Below the pieces are notes generated by a model. The model saw only the letters and a list, made by a program, of their open reading frames with translations. It did not search any database and had not been told where the DNA came from. The position numbers and the translations under genes are program-made. A stretch of 64,000 bases of DNA from an uncultured Leptospiraceae bacterium. GTDB lineage: Bacteria > Spirochaetota > UBA4802 > UB4802. This document shows, one piece after another, positions 29,487 through 39,713 of the stretch; the stretch's first letter is position 1; each line of letters starts with the position of its first letter. Where the stretch lies: NCBI GenBank assembly GCA_964345775.1, contig CAYFSO010000001.1, positions 11,488 through 75,487 on the forward strand, read 5' to 3'.

Positions 29487-32234
29487 TTACACGATATCCA
29501 GCACCATGATAGTTACGTCATCTTCAAAGCTTTCGTTGTGCCCCATGCCTGCCCACCTTCTGATGGATAGAACAACGTCTTCCACAAGCGCCTCGCCATC
29601 ACGGTGAACATCATCGGCAATTTTTTTTATGAACTGTTCATATCCAAAAAGCTTACCTTCACTGTTTCGGGTTTCAATTATGGCGTCTGTATACAGAACT
29701 ATCCTGTCACCGGAATGTATATTCACAGTAGTTTCATCATATGTACCGTCTTCAACCCATCCTATGGGGAGAGACTTGGCCCATTCGGTAACTGTTTTGT
29801 CTTCCTGGAATAACAGCGGTGCCCAGTGTCCCGCGTTGGAAACAGTCATAATGTTCTTACTTGTGTCGATGAACACATAACAGGCCGTAATGTAATTACT
29901 CTGGAGGTAATCATGCATGGTCCTGTTAATGCTTGTCATCAGTTTACCCGGCTGGTCTGCATAATCCATGTAAAATCCGGTCACCATCTTGAACATGGCA
30001 CAAATTATTGCGGCAGAGATCCCATGACCTGAAACATCGGCCATGATAAAACCGGTATGATCTTCATCAATTTTGATAATATCATAGAAATCCCCTCCCA
30101 TCTCCTGCATGGGGATATACCTGTATGCCACCTGTATATGCGCCAGTTCAGGCAATTCCTGGATAACCACCGAGTGATGTATCTGGTGGGCAATAAAGAG
30201 GTCTCTCTTGATCATGCTCAGTTCATTATGTTCTTCCACCGACCTCTTCATTGAAATAAGGCTGCGCACCCTTGCTATCAACTCCTCCCTGTTCACCGGT
30301 TTTGAGAGATAGTCATTTGCCCCTGACTGCAGGCCGGTAATGATGTCCTCTACCCTGCTTTTGGCAGTCAGCATCATAACCGGCAACTCGTGCATGGAAT
30401 ACTTCTCCCTGATCTTCCTGCAAACATCATAGCCTGACATGCGGGGAAGCATTACATCAAGCAGTATCAGGTCGGGCAACTGGCCTTCGTCTATCTTGTC
30501 CAGCAGGCGGTCAGCGCTCATTACATGATCAACGTGGTATCCTTCCATTGTTAGAAAATTGATCAGCACCTGCAGGTTGACCGGGTCGTCATCAACAATA
30601 AGCACATGCTTTGGATCTTCGTCATCACTGACCTGCGCATGTTGAAGTGTCAACTTTACTTCATCGTTAAAAATCCCGGTGTATTTCCAGGGAACTGGTT
30701 CTTCCCCGGCTTCAACAATACGGGTGGGTTCAACTGGTTCCGCTTTTGGCATGGTAAAATAGAACACTGAGCCCTGTCCGGGGCTGGATTCAGCCCATAT
30801 TATACCCCCGTGCAGCTCCACGAGTTTCCTGGTAATGGCAAGGCCAAGCCCCGTCCCACCGAATCTTCTGGCATCAGAACCATCCGCCTGTTCAAATGAT
30901 TCAAATATTCGCTCAATCCTGTTTTCGGGTATCCCTATCCCTGTATCGGCAATTGATACCTCAATTATGTTTTTGCCGGGTATTTCACGTGAGGATACCG
31001 TGATAGATCCCATTTCGGTAAACTTTACCGCGTTACCCACCAGGTTCATCATTATCTGCTGTATACGGTTCTCATCACCTTCAACAAACTCTGTTTCCCC
31101 CGGAATATCCACTTCCACTGACAATTGCCTGGTCTCAATAACCGGTTGCAGAATTGACAGAACGAACTGAGCAACGGAGCATATATTCACCGTTGTTCGT
31201 ACAAGTTCGATATCCCTGTTCTTCAACTTGGAAAAATCAAGGATGTCATCAACCAGGTATGAAAGCCTTTGCCCGCTTCTCACTATCAGGGCAAGGTCAT
31301 GAACCGCTTCTTCGGGCATCCGGCCTCCAACACCACCAAGGAGTGATTCTGCAAGTCCTATCATGCCATTGAGTGGTGTACGTAATTCATGGGATATATT
31401 GGCAAGGAACTCGTCTTTTAAATGGTCAAGTCTTTTCAGATCCCTGTTGTTGTCCTGCAGCTGCGAGATCTCCATGTTTATCATCCTGGTGAGATGATTG
31501 AAGGTATTTGCCAGCCGGCCTATCTCATCATTGCCCGTCACAGGTACCTCGTAATTCATGTTCCCGCTTTCAAATTCTGATACAGCAGATGTCAACCTGT
31601 CTATTGGCCTTGAAAAAAACCTGCTGAAAAAAAGGCCCAATATACTTACAACCAGGATAACCATGCCGGTGGCAACAAGTGCAAACATTCTCATTCTGCG
31701 AACAGGTGCCAGTATTTCTTCTTCTGAATACAACAACCTCGCCAGGCAAAGGGGACTTTTCCCGGGTAGTGAAGCCGTCTGTACAAACTGGTAACACTGG
31801 CCATTACCATTGGGACATTTCACGTTTGAAAACCCCGTATTCCCTTCCAGGTGTTCCACCATCTCTTCATCCAGTTGTGCCATCTTCTCATCTTTAAGAT
31901 CGATACCGGGGAACCGGGCAAGGACAATCCCGTTATAACGGGTCTTGGATGAAAGGAGAACCGCCTCTGCCGATATCAAGCCATCTTTGTCGAGCACCTG
32001 CATCATCTTCATGTATTCACCGGCATCCACCCGGGTTGAGTTGAGGTCTCCTCCATTCAGTAGCAGGGTATTCAGCACGGTTCGCGCCAGCATGCTTCCC
32101 TGCAGTTCTCCCTGGTGCATCAGCATTGATATTGTCTCATCCTTCTGCCTGTCCAGTATAAAGAGGGACACCGGGAGAGCAGCAAGCAGTGTGATTATTA
32201 TAAAGGCGATGATGAACTTGTAGCGTAACCTCAT
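29487..32234 (-). CDS. Multidomain sensor with the domain order periplasmic sensor-TM-HAMP-HisKA-HATPase-REC-PP2C (SpoIIE/RsbU-like phosphatase).
   Basis: Two TM segments flank a periplasmic region of about 160 aa. H-box: LANISHELRTPLNGMIG. HATPase motifs: NLVGNAVKFT, DTGIGIP and GGTGLGLAI. Receiver domain: VLIVDDDPV...LILLDVMLPRMSGYD...LSKP. C-terminal PP2C domain: GGDFYDII...GFIMADVSGHGISAAI. Length is 915 aa. Confidence 0.85.
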   Translation of the reverse strand: MRLRYKFIIAFIIITLLAALPVSLFILDRQKDETISMLMHQGELQGSMLARTVLNTLLLNGGDLNSTRVDAGEYMKMMQVLDKDGLISAEAVLLSSKTRYNGIVLARFPGIDLKDEKMAQLDEEMVEHLEGNTGFSNVKCPNGNGQCYQFVQTASLPGKSPLCLARLLYSEEEILAPVRRMRMFALVATGMVILVVSILGLFFSRFFSRPIDRLTSAVSEFESGNMNYEVPVTGNDEIGRLANTFNHLTRMINMEISQLQDNNRDLKRLDHLKDEFLANISHELRTPLNGMIGLAESLLGGVGGRMPEEAVHDLALIVRSGQRLSYLVDDILDFSKLKNRDIELVRTTVNICSVAQFVLSILQPVIETRQLSVEVDIPGETEFVEGDENRIQQIMMNLVGNAVKFTEMGSITVSSREIPGKNIIEVSIADTGIGIPENRIERIFESFEQADGSDARRFGGTGLGLAITRKLVELHGGIIWAESSPGQGSVFYFTMPKAEPVEPTRIVEAGEEPVPWKYTGIFNDEVKLTLQHAQVSDDEDPKHVLIVDDDPVNLQVLINFLTMEGYHVDHVMSADRLLDKIDEGQLPDLILLDVMLPRMSGYDVCRKIREKYSMHELPVMMLTAKSRVEDIITGLQSGANDYLSKPVNREELIARVRSLISMKRSVEEHNELSMIKRDLFIAHQIHHSVVIQELPELAHIQVAYRYIPMQEMGGDFYDIIKIDEDHTGFIMADVSGHGISAAIICAMFKMVTGFYMDYADQPGKLMTSINRTMHDYLQSNYITACYVFIDTSKNIMTVSNAGHWAPLLFQEDKTVTEWAKSLPIGWVEDGTYDETTVNIHSGDRIVLYTDAIIETRNSEGKLFGYEQFIKKIADDVHRDGEALVEDVVLSIRRWAGMGHNESFEDDVTIMVLDIV

Positions 32235-32241
32235 GAACCAC

Positions 32242-33372
32242 CTATTGGAATTTTTCCATTGTTCTCAGGTGTTTTTTCGCCCTTGAAAGATAGACACGGG
32301 CCACCTGGTTTTCCGGATCTATGAGAAGTATTTTCTGCATAATTGATATACATGCTTCGTAATTCCTTTTGTTAAAGGCCTCGATACCGTTCTTTTCGAG
32401 TGTATCGATCCTGTCTTTGAGCATGTTCCTGGTGTTTTCAAGCTTTTTGCCGGCCTTCTCCATGTAGGCGGACGCGTGGATCAGGTAAGGTATTGCAGTA
32501 TAATACCTGTCCCTGGCAAGGAGTGCGACTGCCTCGTCATAGGCATTCTCTGCTTCCCTTATCTCTTCAAGTTTCTCGACAGCTTCATCCAGGTCGGGAT
32601 CCAGGCTCAATGCCTTTTGAAAATATTCTTTTGCCTTCCCCGCCTTCCTGTTTTTCAACTCCTTTATACCTTTCCGGTAGTTCTCCCTGGCGCGGTCAAG
32701 GCTGGAACGCATTTCCTTCCTGGCTTCTTCACGGTATTCCCCGGGTTCGCCGGCGGCAAGGGTATACGAAACCCCCATGTTGAAGGAATTATTCAGCAGG
32801 GGTTCTCTCGAAAGCCACACCTGGCTGTAGACGGCATCAACTCGAAGGGACAACCGGTGAGTGATCTTCACATATGACCCTGCTGTCAGAACATATCCTG
32901 GTTTGAATGTATTCACCTCCTGCCCCGTAAGAACAGCATTTACCCGAAGGTACCGCAGGTCAAGGCCCGCTCCCGCAAAAAACCTGAAATTTTCATGCAC
33001 GTCATAATATAACAGGGGAGCAAGGGTCATCTCGTACGAGTACAGGAAGGAATCATTACTGCTGGTAAACTCGTGGGATGAGAGAGCAAGCCGCGTATCT
33101 GCCATAACATACCGGTTTAACGGAAAGGTGATGTACATTCCGTATGCAATGGAGGAATTCAACTTACCACTGTAATATCCCGGTATACTGGAATAACCTC
33201 CAAAGAGGCCTATGGTTACACGATCATCGGGGATAACCGGCCCTGCATTATTATTCCCGGCATACGTACATTTTGAAATGAATAAAAACAGAACACAAAT
33301 GCTGATCTGCAGAAACAGAAGCGGGACAACTTGCTGGCGGCATGCTGGTCTTTGAATTGTCAGATTCCCCAT
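32242..33372 (-). CDS. Outer-membrane beta-barrel domain protein with a C-terminal TPR-like helical domain.
   Basis: A signal peptide is followed by an OmpA-like beta-barrel pattern with alternating aromatic residues (...VSYTL). The C-terminal region of about 170 aa is helical with TPR-like repeats (AKEYFQKALSLDPDLDEA...). Confidence 0.55.
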   Translation of the reverse strand: MGNLTIQRPACRQQVVPLLFLQISICVLFLFISKCTYAGNNNAGPVIPDDRVTIGLFGGYSSIPGYYSGKLNSSIAYGMYITFPLNRYVMADTRLALSSHEFTSSNDSFLYSYEMTLAPLLYYDVHENFRFFAGAGLDLRYLRVNAVLTGQEVNTFKPGYVLTAGSYVKITHRLSLRVDAVYSQVWLSREPLLNNSFNMGVSYTLAAGEPGEYREEARKEMRSSLDRARENYRKGIKELKNRKAGKAKEYFQKALSLDPDLDEAVEKLEEIREAENAYDEAVALLARDRYYTAIPYLIHASAYMEKAGKKLENTRNMLKDRIDTLEKNGIEAFNKRNYEACISIMQKILLIDPENQVARVYLSRAKKHLRTMEKFQ

Positions 33373-33447
33373 CAGGCGATACTATCACATCCATGTTTTA
33401 GTGTAAATATACAGTACGCTGTTTCAACACAAAGTCAAGACAGTTCT

Positions 33448-34527
33448 TTACCAGCAGATACAGATAAGATCATGAGAGGATACACATACAGGTGCCCCTG
33501 AAGATATCCATTTGCTAACGATACTATCGCTGTCACCAGTTCGACCGTTATATGAAACAGTTCCATTGCTCCAGGTGTCACATGTATTAGCCGCATCAAG
33601 ACTGCCCTCAGTTGTTGACCCCGACCACCAGCTGGATGCTGCCACGCCTGCGGCATCCAGTGCTTTATTTATAGAACCATCCATCAGGTCATCCCAGTTG
33701 TATGCCACAAGGGTCCCGTCGGGTGATCTCACCGGCCAGTCCATGGGCACGCCATGCATGGCGGGAAAGTTCTTGATTGCATCGGTATCAGATATGCTTA
33801 TGAATGCAACTACATGACTGGTTTCCAATTCAGGGTGCTCTTCTTCTTTTCGCTCAGCACACATGTTATCAAGTTCTTCACGTGCCGAGGAAGCGGTCAT
33901 GGTCGCCATGTTGCCCCGGTACGTTCCCACGGAAAAGATATAGATAACTCCCCTTGTCGTTGCGGAGGTTGTGCTATACGCCGAGATATTATCATCTCCA
34001 TCACGTATCACCACATTAAAGTAATAGGTGGTTCCCTTATCAAGTGTTTCTGCCATCACCTGTGTTGTATTTATATACCAGCCGGTAACGGGGGAACCGT
34101 TATTCATGGCATCGGTTGCCGTTTTTATATTGTTCGATCTTGAACGGTACACCCTGTATTCAAGGTTTTCCACAGGCGTCATATCATCTGAGCCCTTTGC
34201 CCACTGCAGTTTCACACTGTTATCATTCACTGATGACGTGGTGATGATACCATCATTCCCGGAATTCGGAAACTGGTTGAAAGGATCAGGATTACCTGAC
34301 GTATCCTCATCCTGTTGTGCGGCAGTATTCTCTTCGTTTACTACATCTTTAACACCATCTTCAAAACAGGCAGTAAAAACGGCAAGTACAAACATGAAAA
34401 CCAGCACAAGTACAACATTGATAACCGACCGTACGGTATGTGCTGAAAAATGAAAAATCACTGCCTTCTTTCCAGCAGTGATTACCTTTTCTTCCCGGGC
34501 TTTAAGCCCATTCTTTAACAGTTTCAT
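33448..34527 (-). CDS. Hypothetical secreted protein with a fibronectin-III-like segment.
   Basis: N-terminal TM/signal segment VINVVLVLVFMFVLAVFTAC. A stretch LQWAKGSDDMTPVENLEYRVYRS resembles an FN3 strand. The C-terminus is Cys-rich (VCVSSHDLICICW). Confidence 0.45.
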   Translation of the reverse strand: MKLLKNGLKAREEKVITAGKKAVIFHFSAHTVRSVINVVLVLVFMFVLAVFTACFEDGVKDVVNEENTAAQQDEDTSGNPDPFNQFPNSGNDGIITTSSVNDNSVKLQWAKGSDDMTPVENLEYRVYRSRSNNIKTATDAMNNGSPVTGWYINTTQVMAETLDKGTTYYFNVVIRDGDDNISAYSTTSATTRGVIYIFSVGTYRGNMATMTASSAREELDNMCAERKEEEHPELETSHVVAFISISDTDAIKNFPAMHGVPMDWPVRSPDGTLVAYNWDDLMDGSINKALDAAGVAASSWWSGSTTEGSLDAANTCDTWSNGTVSYNGRTGDSDSIVSKWISSGAPVCVSSHDLICICW

Positions 34528-34657
34528 AATTGCCTCTTTTTGCTACCTGTTTTACCACCTGTCACGTATAAGTTTTATACAACCACTTTCCGTCTACAAA
34601 CATTAATTTACTAAAAGGCTGTGCAAAAATCAAGAAATATTTATTTTTTTGCATTTT

Positions 34658-35890
34658 TTAGTAATCGGTGTGATAATCGATGCACAGTATGAAAGTATCG
34701 CCCTCAATAGTGGCAAATGACGTGGACATGGTGGTACAGAGTTCTCCCGTTGCAGTCGAAATATACGGTTCCGTTGTATACTTATTCATTCCAGCATTAA
34801 TAAAGTAATAGTAATCCTTGAACGAGAGGTCCTCTCCTGTTTCTGCAGGACGAAACAACCTGCTGGTTGCCGGTGCGCTGAATCCCGGGTTCATAACCGT
34901 TCGGGTTATCTGCACACCTTTTGAATCAAGTATATAGCCACAACTAATCTCTGTAAGCCCTGCCAGCAATTCGGTAAGTGTTTCATCCAGTTCAGAAGCA
35001 TAACAGTTTGAAAGTTCACTCTTTATTTCAGCTGTTATGTGGTTAAGAAAACGAAACGTATCCCTTTTCTTCTGGATCTTTTTCAGCGTATGTTCCCTGA
35101 AATCAAGTGCCACTTCTTCTATAGTTTCATATAAAGATCCCACGGGTATATCAGCAGCCGGGGCAGGCTCAGCAAAGTAATATCCCTGCAGGACATCTAC
35201 CCCCAGTTCAAGAAGATGTGCCGCATCATCGCTGTTTTCAATCCCTTCTGCTACTATCACCGCACCCGTTTTATGCCCAAGGTTCACTATTGAACGGGAA
35301 ACTTCCTGCCTGTAAAAACTCTTGTTCACATCCTTCACAAGTGAGCGGTCAAGCTTCAAGAGATGGGGGCTGATAGAGAACAACCTGTCCCAGTTGAGGT
35401 TCTGTCGACCCATGTCGTCAAGGGCAACAAGGAACCCGTTATCCTTGTAATCATCGACAAAGGACCGGAGCAGGTCGGTATGACTGTTGCATGATTCTAC
35501 TATTTCGATCATAACATTTCCGGGATGGATATTATACTGGTTAACCATATCCAGGAGCATATTCGAACAAAGGAAGGTATCATCAAGAAAGGTAATATCC
35601 ATGTTTATTGACAAAATGTGCTCCGGGTTAAGCCGGTGGAGAGGGGCGTATGCCTGTATGCCCTTTTTGCGGCATAGCCTGTCAAGTTGGAGCACCACTC
35701 CCTGCTCCCTGGCAGACTGAAATAATATATCAGGAGGAATAATAGAGCCTTTTTCAGGATGGATACCCCTTGATAATGCCTCGTAGCCAATCACCTTTTT
35801 TTTACGAAGGGATACCATTGGCTGAAAATGTGTTTCTATCAATTCTTCATCAATTATTCTCTTTATGTCAAAATCAATTGCTATCTGCAT
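34658..35890 (-). CDS. EAL-domain c-di-GMP phosphodiesterase with a C-terminal domain of about 150 aa of unknown function.
   Basis: EAL motifs: YEALSRG, NxD..., VALDDMG and GHKTGAVIVAEGIEN...QGYYFAEP. The canonical catalytic residues are present. Confidence 0.8.
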   Translation of the reverse strand: MQIAIDFDIKRIIDEELIETHFQPMVSLRKKKVIGYEALSRGIHPEKGSIIPPDILFQSAREQGVVLQLDRLCRKKGIQAYAPLHRLNPEHILSINMDITFLDDTFLCSNMLLDMVNQYNIHPGNVMIEIVESCNSHTDLLRSFVDDYKDNGFLVALDDMGRQNLNWDRLFSISPHLLKLDRSLVKDVNKSFYRQEVSRSIVNLGHKTGAVIVAEGIENSDDAAHLLELGVDVLQGYYFAEPAPAADIPVGSLYETIEEVALDFREHTLKKIQKKRDTFRFLNHITAEIKSELSNCYASELDETLTELLAGLTEISCGYILDSKGVQITRTVMNPGFSAPATSRLFRPAETGEDLSFKDYYYFINAGMNKYTTEPYISTATGELCTTMSTSFATIEGDTFILCIDYHTDY

Positions 35891-36011
35891 ACCATTACCG
35901 TTTATCTCCGTATTTACGAGGACAATAATACAGCAGGCAACCTGCTGTATACCAGTTTTTTATAATAATTTCAGCAGGTTGCCCTGATCAACATGGAGGT
36001 AATACGGTCTT

Positions 36012-37220
36012 TCAAACCCCGTGCATCCCGATGATGGCTATACTGCATACATTCATCATGGGAAATCCACCCAGGTTGTGGGTCAAGCCCAGCTTCGGAT
36101 CCTTCAACTGCCGCTCTCCTGCCCGTCCATGAAGCTGGAGGTACACCTCGTACAGCATACGCAGCCCCGATGCGCCTATGGGATGGCCAAAGCATTTCAA
36201 CCCGCCATCGGTCTGGCATGGTATCTGCCCATCCAGGTCAAAAAAGCCGTTTAAAATATCTTCCGGTGCACTGCCCCTTTCAGATATATGCAGGTCTTCC
36301 ATTGTAATAAGTTCTGTAATCGAAAAGCAGTCGTGAACTTCCAGCATGCTCAGTTCTTTCCTGGGATCTTTAATGCCCGCTTCACTGTACGCTTCACTGC
36401 TCGCCTTTGATGTGGTAACAAAATGCGCGCCATCCCAGTTGCTGAACGCAATTTCCTCACCGTTACTCAATGCCAGTTGCAATGCCTTCACTGACACGAA
36501 ATCCTTTTTCCCCATCTTTTTTGCAAGTTCGGGGGTGGTGACTATGGCACAGGCCGCGCCATCACTGACCCCGCAACAATCAAAAAGGCCAAGCGGGAAG
36601 GCGATCATGGGTGCGTTCAGTACCTGGTCCTCTGTGACCGCCTTCTGCAAATGGGCTTTTTTATTCAGCACGCCATTCCTGTGACTTTTTGCCGAAACAT
36701 GGGCCATGGCCTTTTTCAGGTCTTCCATCTTTACACCGTATTTGGCCGTGTATCCGCTTGCCAGCATGGCAAAACAACCGGGCGCCGTTACGTTGGGAAA
36801 CCAGAGCCCATTCAACGTGCCGATGGCAGAACTGAACTCCGGAAGTCCACCATACCCCACATCCTTGAGTTTTTCCGACCCTATGGCCAGGGCAATGTCA
36901 TACGCGCCTGATGCCACTGCATATACTGCCCCCCTGAAAGCCTCTGTGCCGCTTGCACAAAAATTTTCAGTGCGGGTTACTGCTATATTAGGAAACCGCA
37001 ATGCCATGGAGGCGGGCAGCGCGCTTTTCCCTACGTTGACCTCGTCAAAACAACTGGAAAACCATGCGGCCTCTACCTGGTTCTTTTCTATACCTGCATC
37101 CTGGATAGCTTCTTCGAAGGCTTCCACCATCAGGTCCTCTGAACTGTCTTCCCACCGTTCACCAAACTTTGTACAGCCCATTCCTATTATGGCTACCTTG
37201 TCACGAATACCCTTAGCCAT
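36012..37220 (-). CDS. SCPx-type (non-specific lipid-transfer protein-like) thiolase.
   Basis: MAKGIRDKVAIIGMGCTKFGERWE... has the thiolase fold with the active-site Cys in GMGCTKFG. A GGAGG RBS is present. It overlaps the upstream gene by 8 nt. Confidence 0.8.
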   Translation of the reverse strand: MAKGIRDKVAIIGMGCTKFGERWEDSSEDLMVEAFEEAIQDAGIEKNQVEAAWFSSCFDEVNVGKSALPASMALRFPNIAVTRTENFCASGTEAFRGAVYAVASGAYDIALAIGSEKLKDVGYGGLPEFSSAIGTLNGLWFPNVTAPGCFAMLASGYTAKYGVKMEDLKKAMAHVSAKSHRNGVLNKKAHLQKAVTEDQVLNAPMIAFPLGLFDCCGVSDGAACAIVTTPELAKKMGKKDFVSVKALQLALSNGEEIAFSNWDGAHFVTTSKASSEAYSEAGIKDPRKELSMLEVHDCFSITELITMEDLHISERGSAPEDILNGFFDLDGQIPCQTDGGLKCFGHPIGASGLRMLYEVYLQLHGRAGERQLKDPKLGLTHNLGGFPMMNVCSIAIIGMHGV

Positions 37221-38682
37221 GAGATACCTCCTCTGCCTTTGGGACTGCCTTCCAGAAATATCCACTGAAGCCACGCACATGGTCCCGGTATTTCCGCCTG
37301 AAAGACAGGTCCATTTCCATCCCTACCGATACGTTATCAAGCTGGCAGTCCGTGAAGTCCAGCATTGTACGTCCACCACCCTCGAATTCAACAAGTCCAT
37401 ATATTGCGGGAGGGTCAATTGAAGCAGCCAGCATATCCCCGGTATACATGAGCACCCTGGCAGTCTTTCCCGGAAAACTGTAATCTTCCATGTCATTCAC
37501 CGCGTTGCATTCCGGGTTCACACACATTGGTGTTGGAGGGAACTGTACAGTACCACATGCCCTGCACTTTGCCCCTGTCATGCCCAGTATCATTTTCCTG
37601 TGACGCCATAGTGCGGTAAGCGGAGTATTTTTTACCGATTCACCCCTGATGCCCATATCCGCTTCAAGCATGTCCCTGAACTTGAGATACCTGGGATAAG
37701 ATGCCATCTCCAGCCTGTGTCCCAGCAATTCTGCGAATCCCCGTGGTCGTGATAATTTTTCTATATTATCCGTAACCCTAAAGCCCAGCACATCACATCC
37801 CTGTCCAAAACCGGCAATCACTATGATCTCCCCCGGTCTGGCCTTATCCAAAACCGGGTTAAGCATAAGCAGTGGATGTGCTGACCCGGTATCCCCGCAA
37901 CTATCATGCAGGTTATCCTGTACCTTCTCTTCCGGCAGGCCCAGCTTTCTGGCGATGTTCCTGTGCTCACGGTTGTAGTAGCAGGGATATACCACGTGGG
38001 ATACGTCTTCGATCTTAACAGAATGCCGTGCCAGGAAACCCTTTATTGCTTCCGGGATAATGGTTGCAAAGCCTTCATCCCGAACCCATCTTTCTTCCCA
38101 GTTATAATCGAATTTATTTCGAGGACTCCTGTAATGATCAACCAGGTCATGTTGTATTGAGTATGATCCGAGATATTCAGCTATTACGTTGTCATCACCA
38201 ACTATCACCGCCGCGGCACCATCCCCTATGAACATTTCGTACATGGTTGCTGATTTTGCCATCCTGTTATCCGAAGCGGCAACCATTATGGCAGAAGATG
38301 CTCCGCTTGACGCGGTTTCACACGCGGTAATAAGAGCACCTGTTCCCGATTTCAACGAACCGGTAAAATCAGACGTACGTACTCCTTCCTCCGGCAGGTT
38401 GAGTGCATTCGCGATGATCCCTGCATTTTGCCTGTCAAGGAAGGGAGGGGTGGTGGTGGCATAAAACAGGGTATCCACCTTTTTCATGTCCGCATCCCTG
38501 CTGCAGTCATACGCGGCGGCAACAGCCATGGTCAATGCGTCCTCGTCCCAGTTTGCCACGGTGCGTTCACCTTTGGCCACGGCAAATATTACCGGGTTAA
38601 ACCATGCCATGTTTTGCACCACGGTCATCCTGGGCAGCCTGTTACGCGGCAGGTAACCTCCATAACTCACAATTCCAGCCAT
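37213..38682 (-). CDS. HMG-CoA-synthase-like (thiolase-fold) protein fused to a C-terminal DUF35-type Zn-ribbon/OB-fold domain.
   Basis: The N-terminus AGIVSYGGYLPRNRL...ERTVANWDEDALTMAVAAA is typical of HMGCS-like condensing enzymes. The C-terminus has a CRACG...CVNPEC rubredoxin-like Zn ribbon followed by an OB-fold (DUF35/ChsH2-like). A GGAGG RBS is present. Confidence 0.75.
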   Translation of the reverse strand: MAGIVSYGGYLPRNRLPRMTVVQNMAWFNPVIFAVAKGERTVANWDEDALTMAVAAAYDCSRDADMKKVDTLFYATTTPPFLDRQNAGIIANALNLPEEGVRTSDFTGSLKSGTGALITACETASSGASSAIMVAASDNRMAKSATMYEMFIGDGAAAVIVGDDNVIAEYLGSYSIQHDLVDHYRSPRNKFDYNWEERWVRDEGFATIIPEAIKGFLARHSVKIEDVSHVVYPCYYNREHRNIARKLGLPEEKVQDNLHDSCGDTGSAHPLLMLNPVLDKARPGEIIVIAGFGQGCDVLGFRVTDNIEKLSRPRGFAELLGHRLEMASYPRYLKFRDMLEADMGIRGESVKNTPLTALWRHRKMILGMTGAKCRACGTVQFPPTPMCVNPECNAVNDMEDYSFPGKTARVLMYTGDMLAASIDPPAIYGLVEFEGGGRTMLDFTDCQLDNVSVGMEMDLSFRRKYRDHVRGFSGYFWKAVPKAEEVSHG

Positions 38683-38744
38683 TACTTTCCTCCTCCTGGA
38701 CACCCGGCGGGAAATCTCCCGTCGGGTCGTTTTTGCGTTCTTTT

Positions 38745-39653
38745 TTATTTCAAAAGTGGAGCCATGAAACCGAAACTTTCCCCCAGGTTGTTCAGGGGTT
38801 TGGCATCACCTATATCGGTGATCTTATCCCAGTTCTCTTTTATCTCCTCCGGTGATATTTCACGGGAACCGTCCCCGATAATTGTACCGCTTGCACACAC
38901 AACAGCGGTTCTGCTGTACCATCCTGCTGCACAGTTGAATATCATTCCACTGTCCTGGCAGTCTTCCGAGGCGAGGTACAACACCAGTGGTACTATGAAG
39001 TCTGGCTTTAGCTTTTCGAACATTTCAGGCGGCAGTACATCTTCGGTAAGCCTTGATGCCGCCACCGGTGCGATAGTATTGGTAAATATGCTGTTCTTGG
39101 CGCCTTCCAGTTTCAATACGTTCATTAAGCCTATAAGTCCCGTCTTTGCGGAGGCGTAATTTGCCTGTCCAAAGTTACCGTAAAGACCGGCACCTGAAGT
39201 GGTAAATATGATCCTGCCGTACCCCTGTTCCTTCATCGCAAGGAAGGCAGGCTGGGTCACGCAGTATGCACCACGCAGGTGAACCGCAACAACCGAGTCC
39301 CATTCGGCCTCTGACATCCTGGAAAAGCTCCTGTCACGAAGAATTCCAGCGTTATTGACCAAAACATCAATCTTCCCGAAAGCGTCAATAGCGGTCTTGA
39401 CGATGTTCTGTCCACCTTCAATTGTTGCAACGTTATCGTAATTTGCAACAGCCTCTCCACCCTGTGATCTTATCTCGTCAACAACCGTATCCGCCGCGTT
39501 GTGACTTTCACCAGACCCATCTCGTGATCCACCAAGGTCATTGACCACAACCTTTGCGCCTCTTTTCGCAAACTCCAGGGCGTAGTTCTTCCCCAGACCG
39601 GCACCGGCCCCGGTAATTATTACTACCCTGTCCTTGAAATCAATTGATGCCAT
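38745..39653 (-). CDS. SDR-family 3-hydroxyacyl-CoA dehydrogenase, resembling the dehydrogenase domain of MFE-2/HSD17B4.
   Basis: RVVIITGAGAGLGKNYALEFAKRGAKVVVNDLGG closely matches the MFE-2 N-terminus. YxxxK appears as YASAK. A GGGAGG RBS precedes the ATG at 39653. Confidence 0.8.
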   Translation of the reverse strand: MASIDFKDRVVIITGAGAGLGKNYALEFAKRGAKVVVNDLGGSRDGSGESHNAADTVVDEIRSQGGEAVANYDNVATIEGGQNIVKTAIDAFGKIDVLVNNAGILRDRSFSRMSEAEWDSVVAVHLRGAYCVTQPAFLAMKEQGYGRIIFTTSGAGLYGNFGQANYASAKTGLIGLMNVLKLEGAKNSIFTNTIAPVAASRLTEDVLPPEMFEKLKPDFIVPLVLYLASEDCQDSGMIFNCAAGWYSRTAVVCASGTIIGDGSREISPEEIKENWDKITDIGDAKPLNNLGESFGFMAPLLK

Positions 39654-39713
39654 ATACAACCTCCCATGTATTTATCATGAATTATACTTGTTTTAATTAC
39701 CATTCACCATCCA

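Noticed and set aside
36706-37422. A 238-aa ORF on the plus strand.
   Set aside because: It is entirely antisense to the thiolase and HMGCS-DUF35 genes, which have strong motifs and RBSs. It has no motifs or RBS of its own, so it is likely a spurious open frame.
38428-39159. A 243-aa ORF on the plus strand.
   Set aside because: It is antisense to the HMGCS-like and SDR genes and has a low-complexity, Gly/His-rich translation, so it is spurious.
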